DNA of 64,000 bases, taken from assembly GCA_029936675.1 (NCBI GenBank), contig JAPYSB010000002.1:194294-258293 (forward strand), in the 5' to 3' direction. Below, piece by piece: positions 10,525-18,912 of this stretch (positions are counted from its first letter, which is position 1; each line of letters begins with the position of its first letter). This DNA is from Dehalococcoidia bacterium (GTDB lineage: Bacteria; Chloroflexota; Dehalococcoidia; Lucifugimonadales; UBA826). The notes beneath the pieces were generated by a model. The model had not been told where the DNA came from. It ran no database searches and worked only from the letters and a program-made list of their open reading frames with translations. The position numbers and the translations under genes were made by a program.

Positions 10525-11715
10525 TTAATCTGCTGCGAGGATGGTTGGTGACGTTGCATGCCTAGCACCCAACTGACCACCATTCCCCACCGCAACGGCA
10601 AGTTTGGCGCCATCCACTTGGGAAGTTGATTCTCCTCTCATTTGTCTGGTAGCTTCAAGTAAAAGAAAAATACCCCTTTCACCCGGATGGTTTGAGGAAA
10701 GACCTCCCCCATCAGTATTAAGAGCAGGGCCCCCTTTTTGATCAAACTTCAGTATGCCCTGACTGACATAATCTCCACCTTCACCTTTTTTGCAAAATCC
10801 TAAATCCTCAATCATGCACATTACTGTTATGGAAAATGAATCATATGCCATCAGAACATCAATTTCGTTTGGAGATACTCCAGCGTCTTCAAAGGCCCTA
10901 GGCCCGGATTGAGCACCAGCACTTACAGTGATATCTCCTCCATTTTCTCTATATTTCGTAGCTTCGGCACCGCCGATAATCCATACTGGGGATTTTTTAC
11001 AATTCTTTGCAACTTCTTTGGAAGCAATCACAACCGCTCCACCACCATCTGATACCATGCAGCACTCCAGAAGATGCAGCGGCCAGGCAATCATCCTTGA
11101 ATCTAGAACATCCTGTGTGGTGATTTCATTAACCCCTACAAACTCGAGGGCCGTCATAGCTTTCACAGCCTCCGGATTGCGCATGGCATGATATCTGGTG
11201 GCCACAGAAATCTCTGCGAACTGCTCATTTGTGGTTCCATATTGATGCATATGGCGTGCTTTCACCATTCCATACCCAGATATCAACGTCATTCCCCAAG
11301 GATCTTCCATGTTATTAAATGGGGTTGGGGATCCTTGGCCAGTTGCCCCGGCAGTTCCTATTGCTCTGCGATCCGAATGAGCTGTAGACCCATATGTTAA
11401 CAAGGCAACATTAGCCTTGCCTGCGGCTATCATAGTAGCAGCATGATGAGCTTGAAATTCATATGAAGTGCCACCAACGCTCGTGTTATCAATCAATCTT
11501 GGATTCAAGCCCAAATATTCCGAAATCCCAAGTCCTCCGATATTTTGGTGGGAGCCAGTGTCATAAACTGCGTCTACATCCTGCCATGAAATACCAGCGT
11601 CCTCTAATGCCTTCGATGCGGATGCGGCCTTAATTTGCAAGGCGCTAACGCCGGGCGCCACCCTTAATGGGTATTCGTGTATTCCAACAATTGCAGCTTC
11701 CCTCGTCTGAGCCAT
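10525..11715 (-). CDS. thiolase-like protein (SCP-x / lipid-transfer-protein type)
   Basis: 396-aa thiolase-fold sequence (GIHEYPL..., ...NTDGGGLSSNHPGERG...) partnered with DUF35. Confidence 0.8.
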   Translation of the reverse strand: MAQTREAAIVGIHEYPLRVAPGVSALQIKAASASKALEDAGISWQDVDAVYDTGSHQNIGGLGISEYLGLNPRLIDNTSVGGTSYEFQAHHAATMIAAGKANVALLTYGSTAHSDRRAIGTAGATGQGSPTPFNNMEDPWGMTLISGYGMVKARHMHQYGTTNEQFAEISVATRYHAMRNPEAVKAMTALEFVGVNEITTQDVLDSRMIAWPLHLLECCMVSDGGGAVVIASKEVAKNCKKSPVWIIGGAEATKYRENGGDITVSAGAQSGPRAFEDAGVSPNEIDVLMAYDSFSITVMCMIEDLGFCKKGEGGDYVSQGILKFDQKGGPALNTDGGGLSSNHPGERGIFLLLEATRQMRGESTSQVDGAKLAVAVGNGGQLGARHATSPTILAAD

Positions 11716-11846
11716 AAGTTAGTCCTCATAAAATTTTGTGGTACTTAGTAATGAACCTGAAGTTAGCACATGCCTCCTAAGCCGTCAATGACATATCAAA
11801 ATTAAGTTTTATTGTCCAAAATTTATTTGTCAGATACCCTCATAAT

Positions 11847-12881
11847 ATGGGCCAAACAATGCGAGAAACTTCAAAAATATGTCTGAACTGTGGGGGCTGG
11901 ATTTCCTCTTCTATAGCCTTCTACTGCCAAAATTGTGGTAAATGTATAAAGCCCAAGACAAAATCTTTTTTAGATAACTCATCCATTGGCAAAAATAACT
12001 GGTGGATATGGCTAGTTTTCACAGTTATATTCATCGTAGTTTGGCAAGTAGTTGGCTCCCTTCCTTTAGTCGGGTTTTGTGGAATCCTGAAGATTGGGAC
12101 ACTAGCTGGTTATAGTTGCAGCCTTGACGAACTAGTAATAACAGGAGCTTCCAAAGCACCTAATTTCCTTTTAATGCACACCACCTTTGTAATTGGCGCT
12201 GCAAGCTTTTATTTCTTTCTTAAAATTTTGCACAAGAAAAATCTTCTGAAAGTATTGACTGAACGGATTCGATTCGATTACAAAAGAAGTTTGTTTTCAC
12301 TGAGCATCTTTTTTTTGTTCGCGGTAATTCCCCTAACAGCCACACTTTTAACTGATTCCTCAGGGCTAAAACTCCGAGGTGATATCCCAGATTTATTGCT
12401 AATCACTCTAATCGCCTTGATATTTGTCCCAATACAGGCGAGTTTGGAAGAAGCGTTCTTTAGAGGATATCTATTACAGGGGTTTTCACTGCTATTTAAG
12501 TCACGTGTACTAATTTTGATTATTACTTCATCGCTCTTCGCTTTCTTGCACCTAATGAATCCTGAACCATGGTCATACGGTGTCGGAACATATCTCATTT
12601 CGGTTTTTATGGTTGGTATGTTTATGGGATTAATAACATTGGTTGATGGTGGAATAGAATTAGCTGTTGGTATCCATATTGCCAATAATTTATGGGTACA
12701 TTTAATAGTCGGGTTGGAAGATTCAGTGATACCAAGTTCCTCTCTCTTCATCAGCACAAATCAAAATCTCGACATGCTTCCTACCATCATATTCTCAATG
12801 AGTCAGTACGCACTGTTAACAATTGTATTTGCCTTTAGATACAAGTGGTTCCATAAACTTAAAAAATATGGCACCTTGTAA
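11847..12881 (+). CDS. CPBP family intramembrane glutamic endopeptidase with N-terminal zinc ribbon
   Basis: CLNCG...CQNCGKC N-terminus, multiple TM segments, and CAAX-protease motifs EEAFFRGY and FAFLHL. Confidence 0.75.
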   Translation: MGQTMRETSKICLNCGGWISSSIAFYCQNCGKCIKPKTKSFLDNSSIGKNNWWIWLVFTVIFIVVWQVVGSLPLVGFCGILKIGTLAGYSCSLDELVITGASKAPNFLLMHTTFVIGAASFYFFLKILHKKNLLKVLTERIRFDYKRSLFSLSIFFLFAVIPLTATLLTDSSGLKLRGDIPDLLLITLIALIFVPIQASLEEAFFRGYLLQGFSLLFKSRVLILIITSSLFAFLHLMNPEPWSYGVGTYLISVFMVGMFMGLITLVDGGIELAVGIHIANNLWVHLIVGLEDSVIPSSSLFISTNQNLDMLPTIIFSMSQYALLTIVFAFRYKWFHKLKKYGTL

Positions 12882-12921
12882 CCTATTGATAACTCAGTAA
12901 ATCAAAACTATAGTTCTTCGA

Positions 12922-13527
12922 ATGCTAATTGGATTAATAACGGACACCCATCTACCCGGAAGGGTCAGAGCTTTGGATGGGCTGGGTGATCTTCCGGGAG
13001 AATTTCTTTCTAGTGTAGATTTAATTCTTCATGGAGGAGATTTAACTTCCCCAATGGTTCTTGACTGGTGCGAACAGTTCGCTCCTGTGGTTTGTTCAAC
13101 AGGCAATAATGACCCAATCCCTGATCCTCGAATGAAGGAGGTTCAAGTTCTTGAAATAGAGGGATGGTTAATCGGAATGATTCATAGTTTAGAAGGGCAG
13201 TTTCGGCCCATACAGGACCTTCAAAAAATGTTTCCAGAGCCCGTACAGATCATGATTTCTGGGCACACTCACCAAGAACGTCTGGAGTACAGAGACGGAG
13301 TGCTGCTAATCAATTCCGGCAGTATCACATTCCCACAACATAAAGAATTGCGGTTGGGGACTGTGGGAACACTCGAGATATATCCCGGTAAGGCAAAGGT
13401 AGAAATATTTCCCTTAGGTGAAACCCCTGGAAGTCCCAACCCTGGGGAGAAAATGTCAATGACGATAGAAGACGGCATTGTTACCTATAGCAAAGGTCCG
13501 GTGATGTTAGGTCAGCACAACCAATAA
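12922..13527 (+). CDS. metallophosphoesterase (YfcE/MJ0936-like)
   Basis: ITDTHLP, HGGD, GNND and SGHTHQ metallophosphatase motifs. Confidence 0.82.
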   Translation: MLIGLITDTHLPGRVRALDGLGDLPGEFLSSVDLILHGGDLTSPMVLDWCEQFAPVVCSTGNNDPIPDPRMKEVQVLEIEGWLIGMIHSLEGQFRPIQDLQKMFPEPVQIMISGHTHQERLEYRDGVLLINSGSITFPQHKELRLGTVGTLEIYPGKAKVEIFPLGETPGSPNPGEKMSMTIEDGIVTYSKGPVMLGQHNQ

Positions 13528-13529
13528 GA

Positions 13530-13940
13530 TTAGACCACTTCACAATCTTCAGGAATAACGGTTCCTTCAGAGTCGATGATAAAAAATTTAACTTTCGGCC
13601 GATTTTTCTCTTCCAACGAAACCAATGCATATCCAAAATCAACCCAACCGGATTCGACCGCCATCCTGATATCAGTATCCGATGGAAAAGCTGGGCTATG
13701 GGTATGCGAGTGATAAAAGCACAATAATTCAAGACCGTTATCGTCAGCATTCTTCATAACTTCTAGTTGTTCTTTCGGATCCATTACATATCTAAATGGG
13801 CTTGGAGTCGAGTTTTTAACCCGGTATAAATGAGTTATATCTTCACCGGTCCCTGCCAATATCCCACAACATTCATCAGGATCATGTTCTTTTGCATGAT
13901 TAATCATTTCTTCAATATGGTTTTGCCGTATCCGCTTCAA
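13530..13940 (-). CDS. Mov34/MPN/JAMM family metalloprotease
   Basis: DECCGIL and the JAMM motif HSHTHSPAFPSDTD (H-x-H-x7-S-x2-D). 136 aa, TTG start. Confidence 0.82.
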   Translation of the reverse strand: MKRIRQNHIEEMINHAKEHDPDECCGILAGTGEDITHLYRVKNSTPSPFRYVMDPKEQLEVMKNADDNGLELLCFYHSHTHSPAFPSDTDIRMAVESGWVDFGYALVSLEEKNRPKVKFFIIDSEGTVIPEDCEVV

Positions 13941-13948
13941 ATTCCCCC

Positions 13949-14083
13949 CTATTTTTTTTTAAAGGATATTAACCTTTTAATAATCTGGAAAATCCCACCC
14001 GAACCACTTTCCTGCCTTTTTTCAACACATTTAACACAAGTACAAGCTGGAGGGTGCTCATAATGCCAGTTGGAGCGTCCCAT
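13949..14083 (-). CDS. hypothetical 44-aa protein, not in the ORF track (MGRSNWHYEHPPACTCVKCVEKRQESGSGGIFQIIKRLISFKKK)
   Basis: ATG at 14083 preceded by AAGAGGAG with 7-nt spacing, 25 nt after the trmL stop and ending 8 nt before the JAMM start. His/Cys cluster. No homology evidence available. Confidence 0.3.
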   Translation of the reverse strand: MGRSNWHYEHPPACTCVKCVEKRQESGSGGIFQIIKRLISFKKK

Positions 14084-14107
14084 AAATCTACTCCTCTTTT
14101 TGGTATT

Positions 14108-14599
14108 TTAATTTTCTGATTTGAATATTGTTCTAGGAGGACCAGCATGCTCGAAATTATTTTGTCTCCAAGCCTCATAGGCTATTATGGAAACCGCGTT
14201 TGCAATATTCAGGCTCCTGTTTCCTGGTTTCATAGGGATCAACAGATGTCTTTCTTTTGAAATTGTATCCAAAACCGCAGGTGGTATTCCTGACGATTCT
14301 GGACCAAATATGTATGTGTCTTTACTTCCAAATTCGATTTCACTGTAATATTTCCGGGAGCGCGATGATGTGGCGTAATAGATTCTATCAGGGTACATTT
14401 TTTTGTAATCTTCCAGATTCTCATGCTCCGTCACGACTGCTAAATCAGAATAATCCAAAGCTGCCCGCCGTAATTTGGCTTCTGTGAGTTCAAATCCCAA
14501 AGGATGGATCAAGTGTAATTCAGCGCCAACATTGGCACAAAGTCGGATTATGTTGCCGGTGTTATAAGGGATTTCGGGCCTGTATAAAACAATATGCAC
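14108..14599 (-). CDS. trmL: tRNA (cytidine/uridine(34)-2'-O)-methyltransferase TrmL (SpoU family)
   Basis: MHIVLYRPEIPYNTGNIIRLCANVGAELHLIHPLGF and C-terminal SLNIANAVSI motifs. 163 aa. Confidence 0.87.
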   Translation of the reverse strand: MHIVLYRPEIPYNTGNIIRLCANVGAELHLIHPLGFELTEAKLRRAALDYSDLAVVTEHENLEDYKKMYPDRIYYATSSRSRKYYSEIEFGSKDTYIFGPESSGIPPAVLDTISKERHLLIPMKPGNRSLNIANAVSIIAYEAWRQNNFEHAGPPRTIFKSEN

Positions 14600-14763
14600 G
14601 GCGGTACCAGCCTATTTTCATTTTCAGTAATTACTAACATTTTAGTTCAGAATAAATAAACTAGACCATCTATGACAAGACCCGTCTAGTTGTGGCACAA
14701 TGGAGGTTGCGCGCAAATGACAAAGTTAATTTTGTGTTGCGAACGAATCTCAGGAGGAAAAAA

Positions 14764-15684
14764 ATGGCGAATTACCTAGACGGTAAAGTTGCAATAGTCA
14801 CAGGATCAGGTAGAGGAATAGGGGCAGGAGTAGCAAAACAATTGGCTTCGGAAGGAGCCAAAGTCATTGTAAATGATATCGGTGCTGCATTAGATGGAGA
14901 AGGAAGTTCAAATACCCCAGCAGAACAAGTCGTTGAAGAGATAAAAGCTGCAGGAGGAGAAGCCACACCAAACTACACTGATATATCGACGATGGAAGGT
15001 GGGGAGGCTATCGTCAAATCTGCTTTGGACAACTATGACAAATTAGACATCGTAGTAACTGTAGCTGGAATATTGAGAGACAGAATGATTTTCAATATGA
15101 CAGAACAAGAATGGGATGATGTTATTCGGGTTCATTTAAAAGGCACTTTCACAGTTTGCAAATATGCTTCAATCTTATATCGTCAGCAACGAAGTGGACG
15201 AATAATAACATTCGCATCAGAATCTGGTCTGATAGGGAATACAGGACAAGGTAACTATGCAGCTGCCAAGTCCGGAATCGCAGGTTTCACCAAAGTAGCT
15301 GCAAAAGACCTAGGCCGATATGGAGTAACAGCAAATTCTATTTGTCCAAGAGCTAACACTAGAATGACTCAGTCTGTTCCCGATTCGGCTAGAGAGTTAA
15401 GAGCTGATCGGCCCGATGATAGGGAAGCCCCTCCACCAACAACTCAGATGGAAGCGGAGGATGTTGCACCATTCGTAGCATATTTGGCCTCTGATCAGGC
15501 AGCTAGTATTAATGGTCAGACTTTCCTCGTATATGGAGGAGCAATCACTAAGCTTTCCCTGCCACGACGAGTTCGCACCATTTTCAAACAAGGAAGGTGG
15601 GATGTAGAGGAACTTAGAGAACTAGCTCCACAGCATCTCACACAAGGCTTAGTCAACCCATCGCCACCACAAGCACCCAAATAG
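14764..15684 (+). CDS. SDR family oxidoreductase (17beta-HSD4/MFE-2 dehydrogenase-like), paralog 1
   Basis: TGSGRGIG Rossmann motif and catalytic YAAAK. The start is set at ATG 14764 (AGGAGG upstream) rather than track start 14692. Confidence 0.85.
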   Translation: MANYLDGKVAIVTGSGRGIGAGVAKQLASEGAKVIVNDIGAALDGEGSSNTPAEQVVEEIKAAGGEATPNYTDISTMEGGEAIVKSALDNYDKLDIVVTVAGILRDRMIFNMTEQEWDDVIRVHLKGTFTVCKYASILYRQQRSGRIITFASESGLIGNTGQGNYAAAKSGIAGFTKVAAKDLGRYGVTANSICPRANTRMTQSVPDSARELRADRPDDREAPPPTTQMEAEDVAPFVAYLASDQAASINGQTFLVYGGAITKLSLPRRVRTIFKQGRWDVEELRELAPQHLTQGLVNPSPPQAPK

Positions 15685-15736
15685 TGTTAATGGTTCAGAT
15701 AGGTTTTAAGAGTAAAACAAGTCAGGAGTAAGAAAG

Positions 15737-16666
15737 ATGGGAACCCTTCTTAAAGATAAAGTAGCAGTAGTCACTGGTTCAGGTCGCGGTATAGGGCGTG
15801 GTATAGCCTTATTACTCGCAGAAGAGGGCGCAAAGGTAGTGGTGAACGACCTTGGTGGTGCCGTAGATGGCAGCGGAGATTCTGTCGCCCCAGCTGACGA
15901 AGTTGTAAATGAAATTAAAGCAGCCGGAGGTGAAGCTGCAGCCAACTACGATTCTGTCTCCGAGATGGATGGTGGCGAAAATATTATCAAAGCCGCCCTA
16001 GACAACTTCGGCAAACTAGACATCGTTGTAGCCGTGGCTGGAATTCTTAGAGATCGAATGTTGTTCAACATGACAGAGGAAGAATGGGACGCAGTTATTG
16101 CGGTTCATCTTAAAGGGACCTTCACTGTAGCTAAAGCTGCTTCCATACTGTTCAGGCAACAGCGCAGTGGCAGAATAATTAATTTCTCTTCCACTTCAGG
16201 TTTGTACGGTAATTCCGGTCAAGCAAATTACGGAGCTGCAAAGGATGGCATAGCAGGATTTACCAGAGCTATCGCACGTGACCTAGGCAGGTATGGTGTT
16301 ACGGTCAATGCCATATCCCCTGGAGCAAATTCTAGGATGACCCAAACAGTGCCTCAATCTGCCAGAGATATCAGAGCCTCAAGCGGGATTCAGGCGAATT
16401 CTGCAGTGACTCCTTTGGAGTTAAACCGCGACCCTGAAGATGTTGCTCCTATGGTGGCATGGCTGGCCTCAGATGAAGCTAAGGATGTGAATGGTCACGT
16501 CTTCCATTGTCAGGGGGGACAGATCTCTCTAATGAGTAACCCGACTGAAGAACGAACCTTAAGAAAAAATGGTAGATGGACTGTCGAAGAAATAGATGCG
16601 ATGTTCTCTGGAACACTAGGAATGGATATGGCTAACCCTGCTCCTCCGCAAGTGCCAAAGGAATAG
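15737..16666 (+). CDS. SDR family oxidoreductase (17beta-HSD4/MFE-2 dehydrogenase-like), paralog 2
   Basis: TGSGRGIG and YGAAK. Colinear with the preceding gene along its full length (roughly 60% identity by eye). Confidence 0.85.
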   Translation: MGTLLKDKVAVVTGSGRGIGRGIALLLAEEGAKVVVNDLGGAVDGSGDSVAPADEVVNEIKAAGGEAAANYDSVSEMDGGENIIKAALDNFGKLDIVVAVAGILRDRMLFNMTEEEWDAVIAVHLKGTFTVAKAASILFRQQRSGRIINFSSTSGLYGNSGQANYGAAKDGIAGFTRAIARDLGRYGVTVNAISPGANSRMTQTVPQSARDIRASSGIQANSAVTPLELNRDPEDVAPMVAWLASDEAKDVNGHVFHCQGGQISLMSNPTEERTLRKNGRWTVEEIDAMFSGTLGMDMANPAPPQVPKE

Positions 16667-16693
16667 CCCTATAATAGCGATACCTACTTAAAA

Positions 16694-17293
16694 ATGGCCG
16701 TCATCCGACTAGCAGGTCCCAAAAGGGACGCTCGTCAGGTGGCGGCCATTTATTATCCATATGTAATAAATACTCCGATAACTTTTGAAACGAACCCTCC
16801 TGGCGGAACTGAAATGTATAGGCGAATGAAAAAGGTGTCGGAAACATACACTTCACTCGTCTGTGAACATGAAAACGAAATAATGGGTTATTCCTATGGA
16901 AGTAAATTCCGGGACAGAAGTGCTTACGATTGGATAGTAGAAACAACAGTATATGTTAGAGAAGCAGCCCACGGTTTAGGGATTGGAAAAGCTCTCTACG
17001 CATCACTGTTGGAATGCCTGAAACTACAGGGCTTCACCTCTGCCTATGGAGTTATTGCTCTTCCAAACGATCCAAGTGTTTCACTTCATGAACATTTTGG
17101 ATTTACCAAAGATTATTTGATGGCCGATGCTGGTTACAAAGATGGCCGTTGGTATGACGTTGGGTTTTGGAGACTTAAACTTAGTGATGCCTCAGAAGAT
17201 ACCTTGCCGATAAAATCCATTGATGAATTAAGAAGTACGAACTACTTCAAAAATTCGGTTGCCTTTGGTGAACAATTCCTCAAACTTTCCTAA
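16694..17293 (+). CDS. GNAT N-acetyltransferase (phosphinothricin/amino-acid acetyltransferase-like)
   Basis: PITFETNPP, VETTVYVREAAHGLGIGKALY and LHEHFGF segments typical of the PAT family. Confidence 0.75.
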   Translation: MAVIRLAGPKRDARQVAAIYYPYVINTPITFETNPPGGTEMYRRMKKVSETYTSLVCEHENEIMGYSYGSKFRDRSAYDWIVETTVYVREAAHGLGIGKALYASLLECLKLQGFTSAYGVIALPNDPSVSLHEHFGFTKDYLMADAGYKDGRWYDVGFWRLKLSDASEDTLPIKSIDELRSTNYFKNSVAFGEQFLKLS

Positions 17294-17295
17294 AA

Positions 17296-18807
17296 TTATT
17301 TCGGAACGAATGTTATTCGAATCGTACGAATTACATCACCAGGTAAATTAGCAGTCGCAGGATCTCGGGGAATTATGTTACCTAACACATCCATGCCTTC
17401 TACAACTCTTCCAAAGACTGAATGACAAGAACCTTGACTACAATCCTTCAAAGTTCCATCCGGATTTATTCCATCCAAAGTAGGCGTGTTTATGAATGTG
17501 ATGAAGAATTGACTTCCATTCGTTCCTTGTCCATCTGGCAAAAGACCTGCATTCGCCATCGACACTACCCCTGCAGAATCATGTCTGGCATCAGGGTGAA
17601 ATTCATTATCGATATAATATCCAGGACCTCCTCTACCGGTACCAGAAGGATCACCACCTTGGGCCATAAAATCTGGGATTACTCTATGAAAGGTAACCCA
17701 ATCGTAATATCCCTGCTCGGAGAGAAAAACAAAATTATTCACTGTTACTGGAGCTAGTTCTTCCAGAAGATCAATCTTTATTTCACCTCCTTCAAATATC
17801 TCAATAGTGGCAAAATAATCCCTTCCTTCCTCTAACGTAATTTTGGGTGCCATATCCCAAATCATTGTTTCTGGAGTACCTGGTAAAACTGGTTTAGCTA
17901 ACTCAACCAGTTTTCCAAAATCCCATGATGACATTTCAATATCAACCTTAATCGTTACCTCTTGTCCGTCAGGGCCTTTAACTCTAGGCCCCCCTGTAGC
18001 CAATCCTTTAATTAATAATCTACCTATTTGCGAGCTATCAGGTTCAACCCACATATCTACTTGCAAAATACCTGTGGAGTCATCCAGTACTGGCAGCAAC
18101 TCACCAAAAATCTTTGACTCAAGTTCACTGCTAATATGCTGGGAGGAGACACCACCAGATTTTTCAATACCGGTGAGTTCCCCTTGAACAAAATTGGTTT
18201 TTAGCAATTCAATTATCGATATGGGAGTTACAGGGGTTTGGCCTTCTGGAAACTGGATCCAATATTTGGTATCAGGATATTTGGCAAAAGTATCTTGATC
18301 AAAAACGATCATTTCGATCATTTTGATTTGATTATTATCTTCAAAAGAGGTGACCCCTTTGAAATTACGAGAATTTTGAACATCTCCCTCCATTAGCAAT
18401 GGCATATCTTCCAAGTAATCGTCAAATGAAATCGTCATATTCATTTTCAAAATTGAATGGTGTGAATACCCGTTACTTAGTTCCTCTTTCAAACTGGAAA
18501 TGATTTCAACCACTGATTTTGAATCCGGCTCCCCAGAACCAATTTTATTATCTTGGGTTATGGGTTTTTGAAGCACCTTTGTTTGAGGCACCTTTGTTGG
18601 TACAACAATTTGAGTAGTCATCGGTTGGGTAGCTATCGGTGTGATAGGGGATGATTGGGTAATTGCAGGTTTGGCCGTAGAGATCGTCTCAACAATGGGG
18701 CTATTTTCAATTTCTAATGCTGCAGCTGAATCTGTTTCTGAATCGGAACCACAAGCAAATAACAAGAAAGCCGATAAACCCATCAAAGAAAATAATAATT
18801 TATTCAT
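17296..18807 (-). CDS. lipoprotein with a C-terminal cyclophilin-type peptidylprolyl isomerase domain
   Basis: Lipobox LLFACGS, a T/P/Q-rich linker, a ~300-aa domain of unclear family, then the cyclophilin core (VNNFVFLSEQGYYDWVTFHRVIPDFMAQGGDP...GSQFFIT). Confidence 0.85.
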   Translation of the reverse strand: MNKLLFSLMGLSAFLLFACGSDSETDSAAALEIENSPIVETISTAKPAITQSSPITPIATQPMTTQIVVPTKVPQTKVLQKPITQDNKIGSGEPDSKSVVEIISSLKEELSNGYSHHSILKMNMTISFDDYLEDMPLLMEGDVQNSRNFKGVTSFEDNNQIKMIEMIVFDQDTFAKYPDTKYWIQFPEGQTPVTPISIIELLKTNFVQGELTGIEKSGGVSSQHISSELESKIFGELLPVLDDSTGILQVDMWVEPDSSQIGRLLIKGLATGGPRVKGPDGQEVTIKVDIEMSSWDFGKLVELAKPVLPGTPETMIWDMAPKITLEEGRDYFATIEIFEGGEIKIDLLEELAPVTVNNFVFLSEQGYYDWVTFHRVIPDFMAQGGDPSGTGRGGPGYYIDNEFHPDARHDSAGVVSMANAGLLPDGQGTNGSQFFITFINTPTLDGINPDGTLKDCSQGSCHSVFGRVVEGMDVLGNIIPRDPATANLPGDVIRTIRITFVPK

Positions 18808-18912
18808 ACACTTGCTACTTATATTAGTATTTGCACATTCTTCCTATAGTATTTTACCGGTGATATAGAATGATTTGTGAAAAAAGAATAGCGAATATTC
18901 AAGGAATAAAAT

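Noticed and set aside
12278-12757. 159-aa minus-strand ORF inside the CPBP protease gene
   Set aside because: It is antisense to a frame carrying the EExxxR and FxxxH CPBP motifs and TM segments. It is a shadow ORF.
13969-14178. 69-aa minus-strand ORF from the supplied track in the trmL-JAMM spacer
   Set aside because: It overlaps the trmL 3' end by 71 nt and lacks an SD. A different frame carries a shorter ORF with a near-consensus SD, which is reported separately at low confidence.
14659-14691. 8-bp inverted repeat AACTAGAC-N17-GTCTAGTT upstream of the first SDR gene
   Set aside because: The arm length is within chance expectation and I found no second copy. It could be an operator, but the evidence is too weak to report as a feature.
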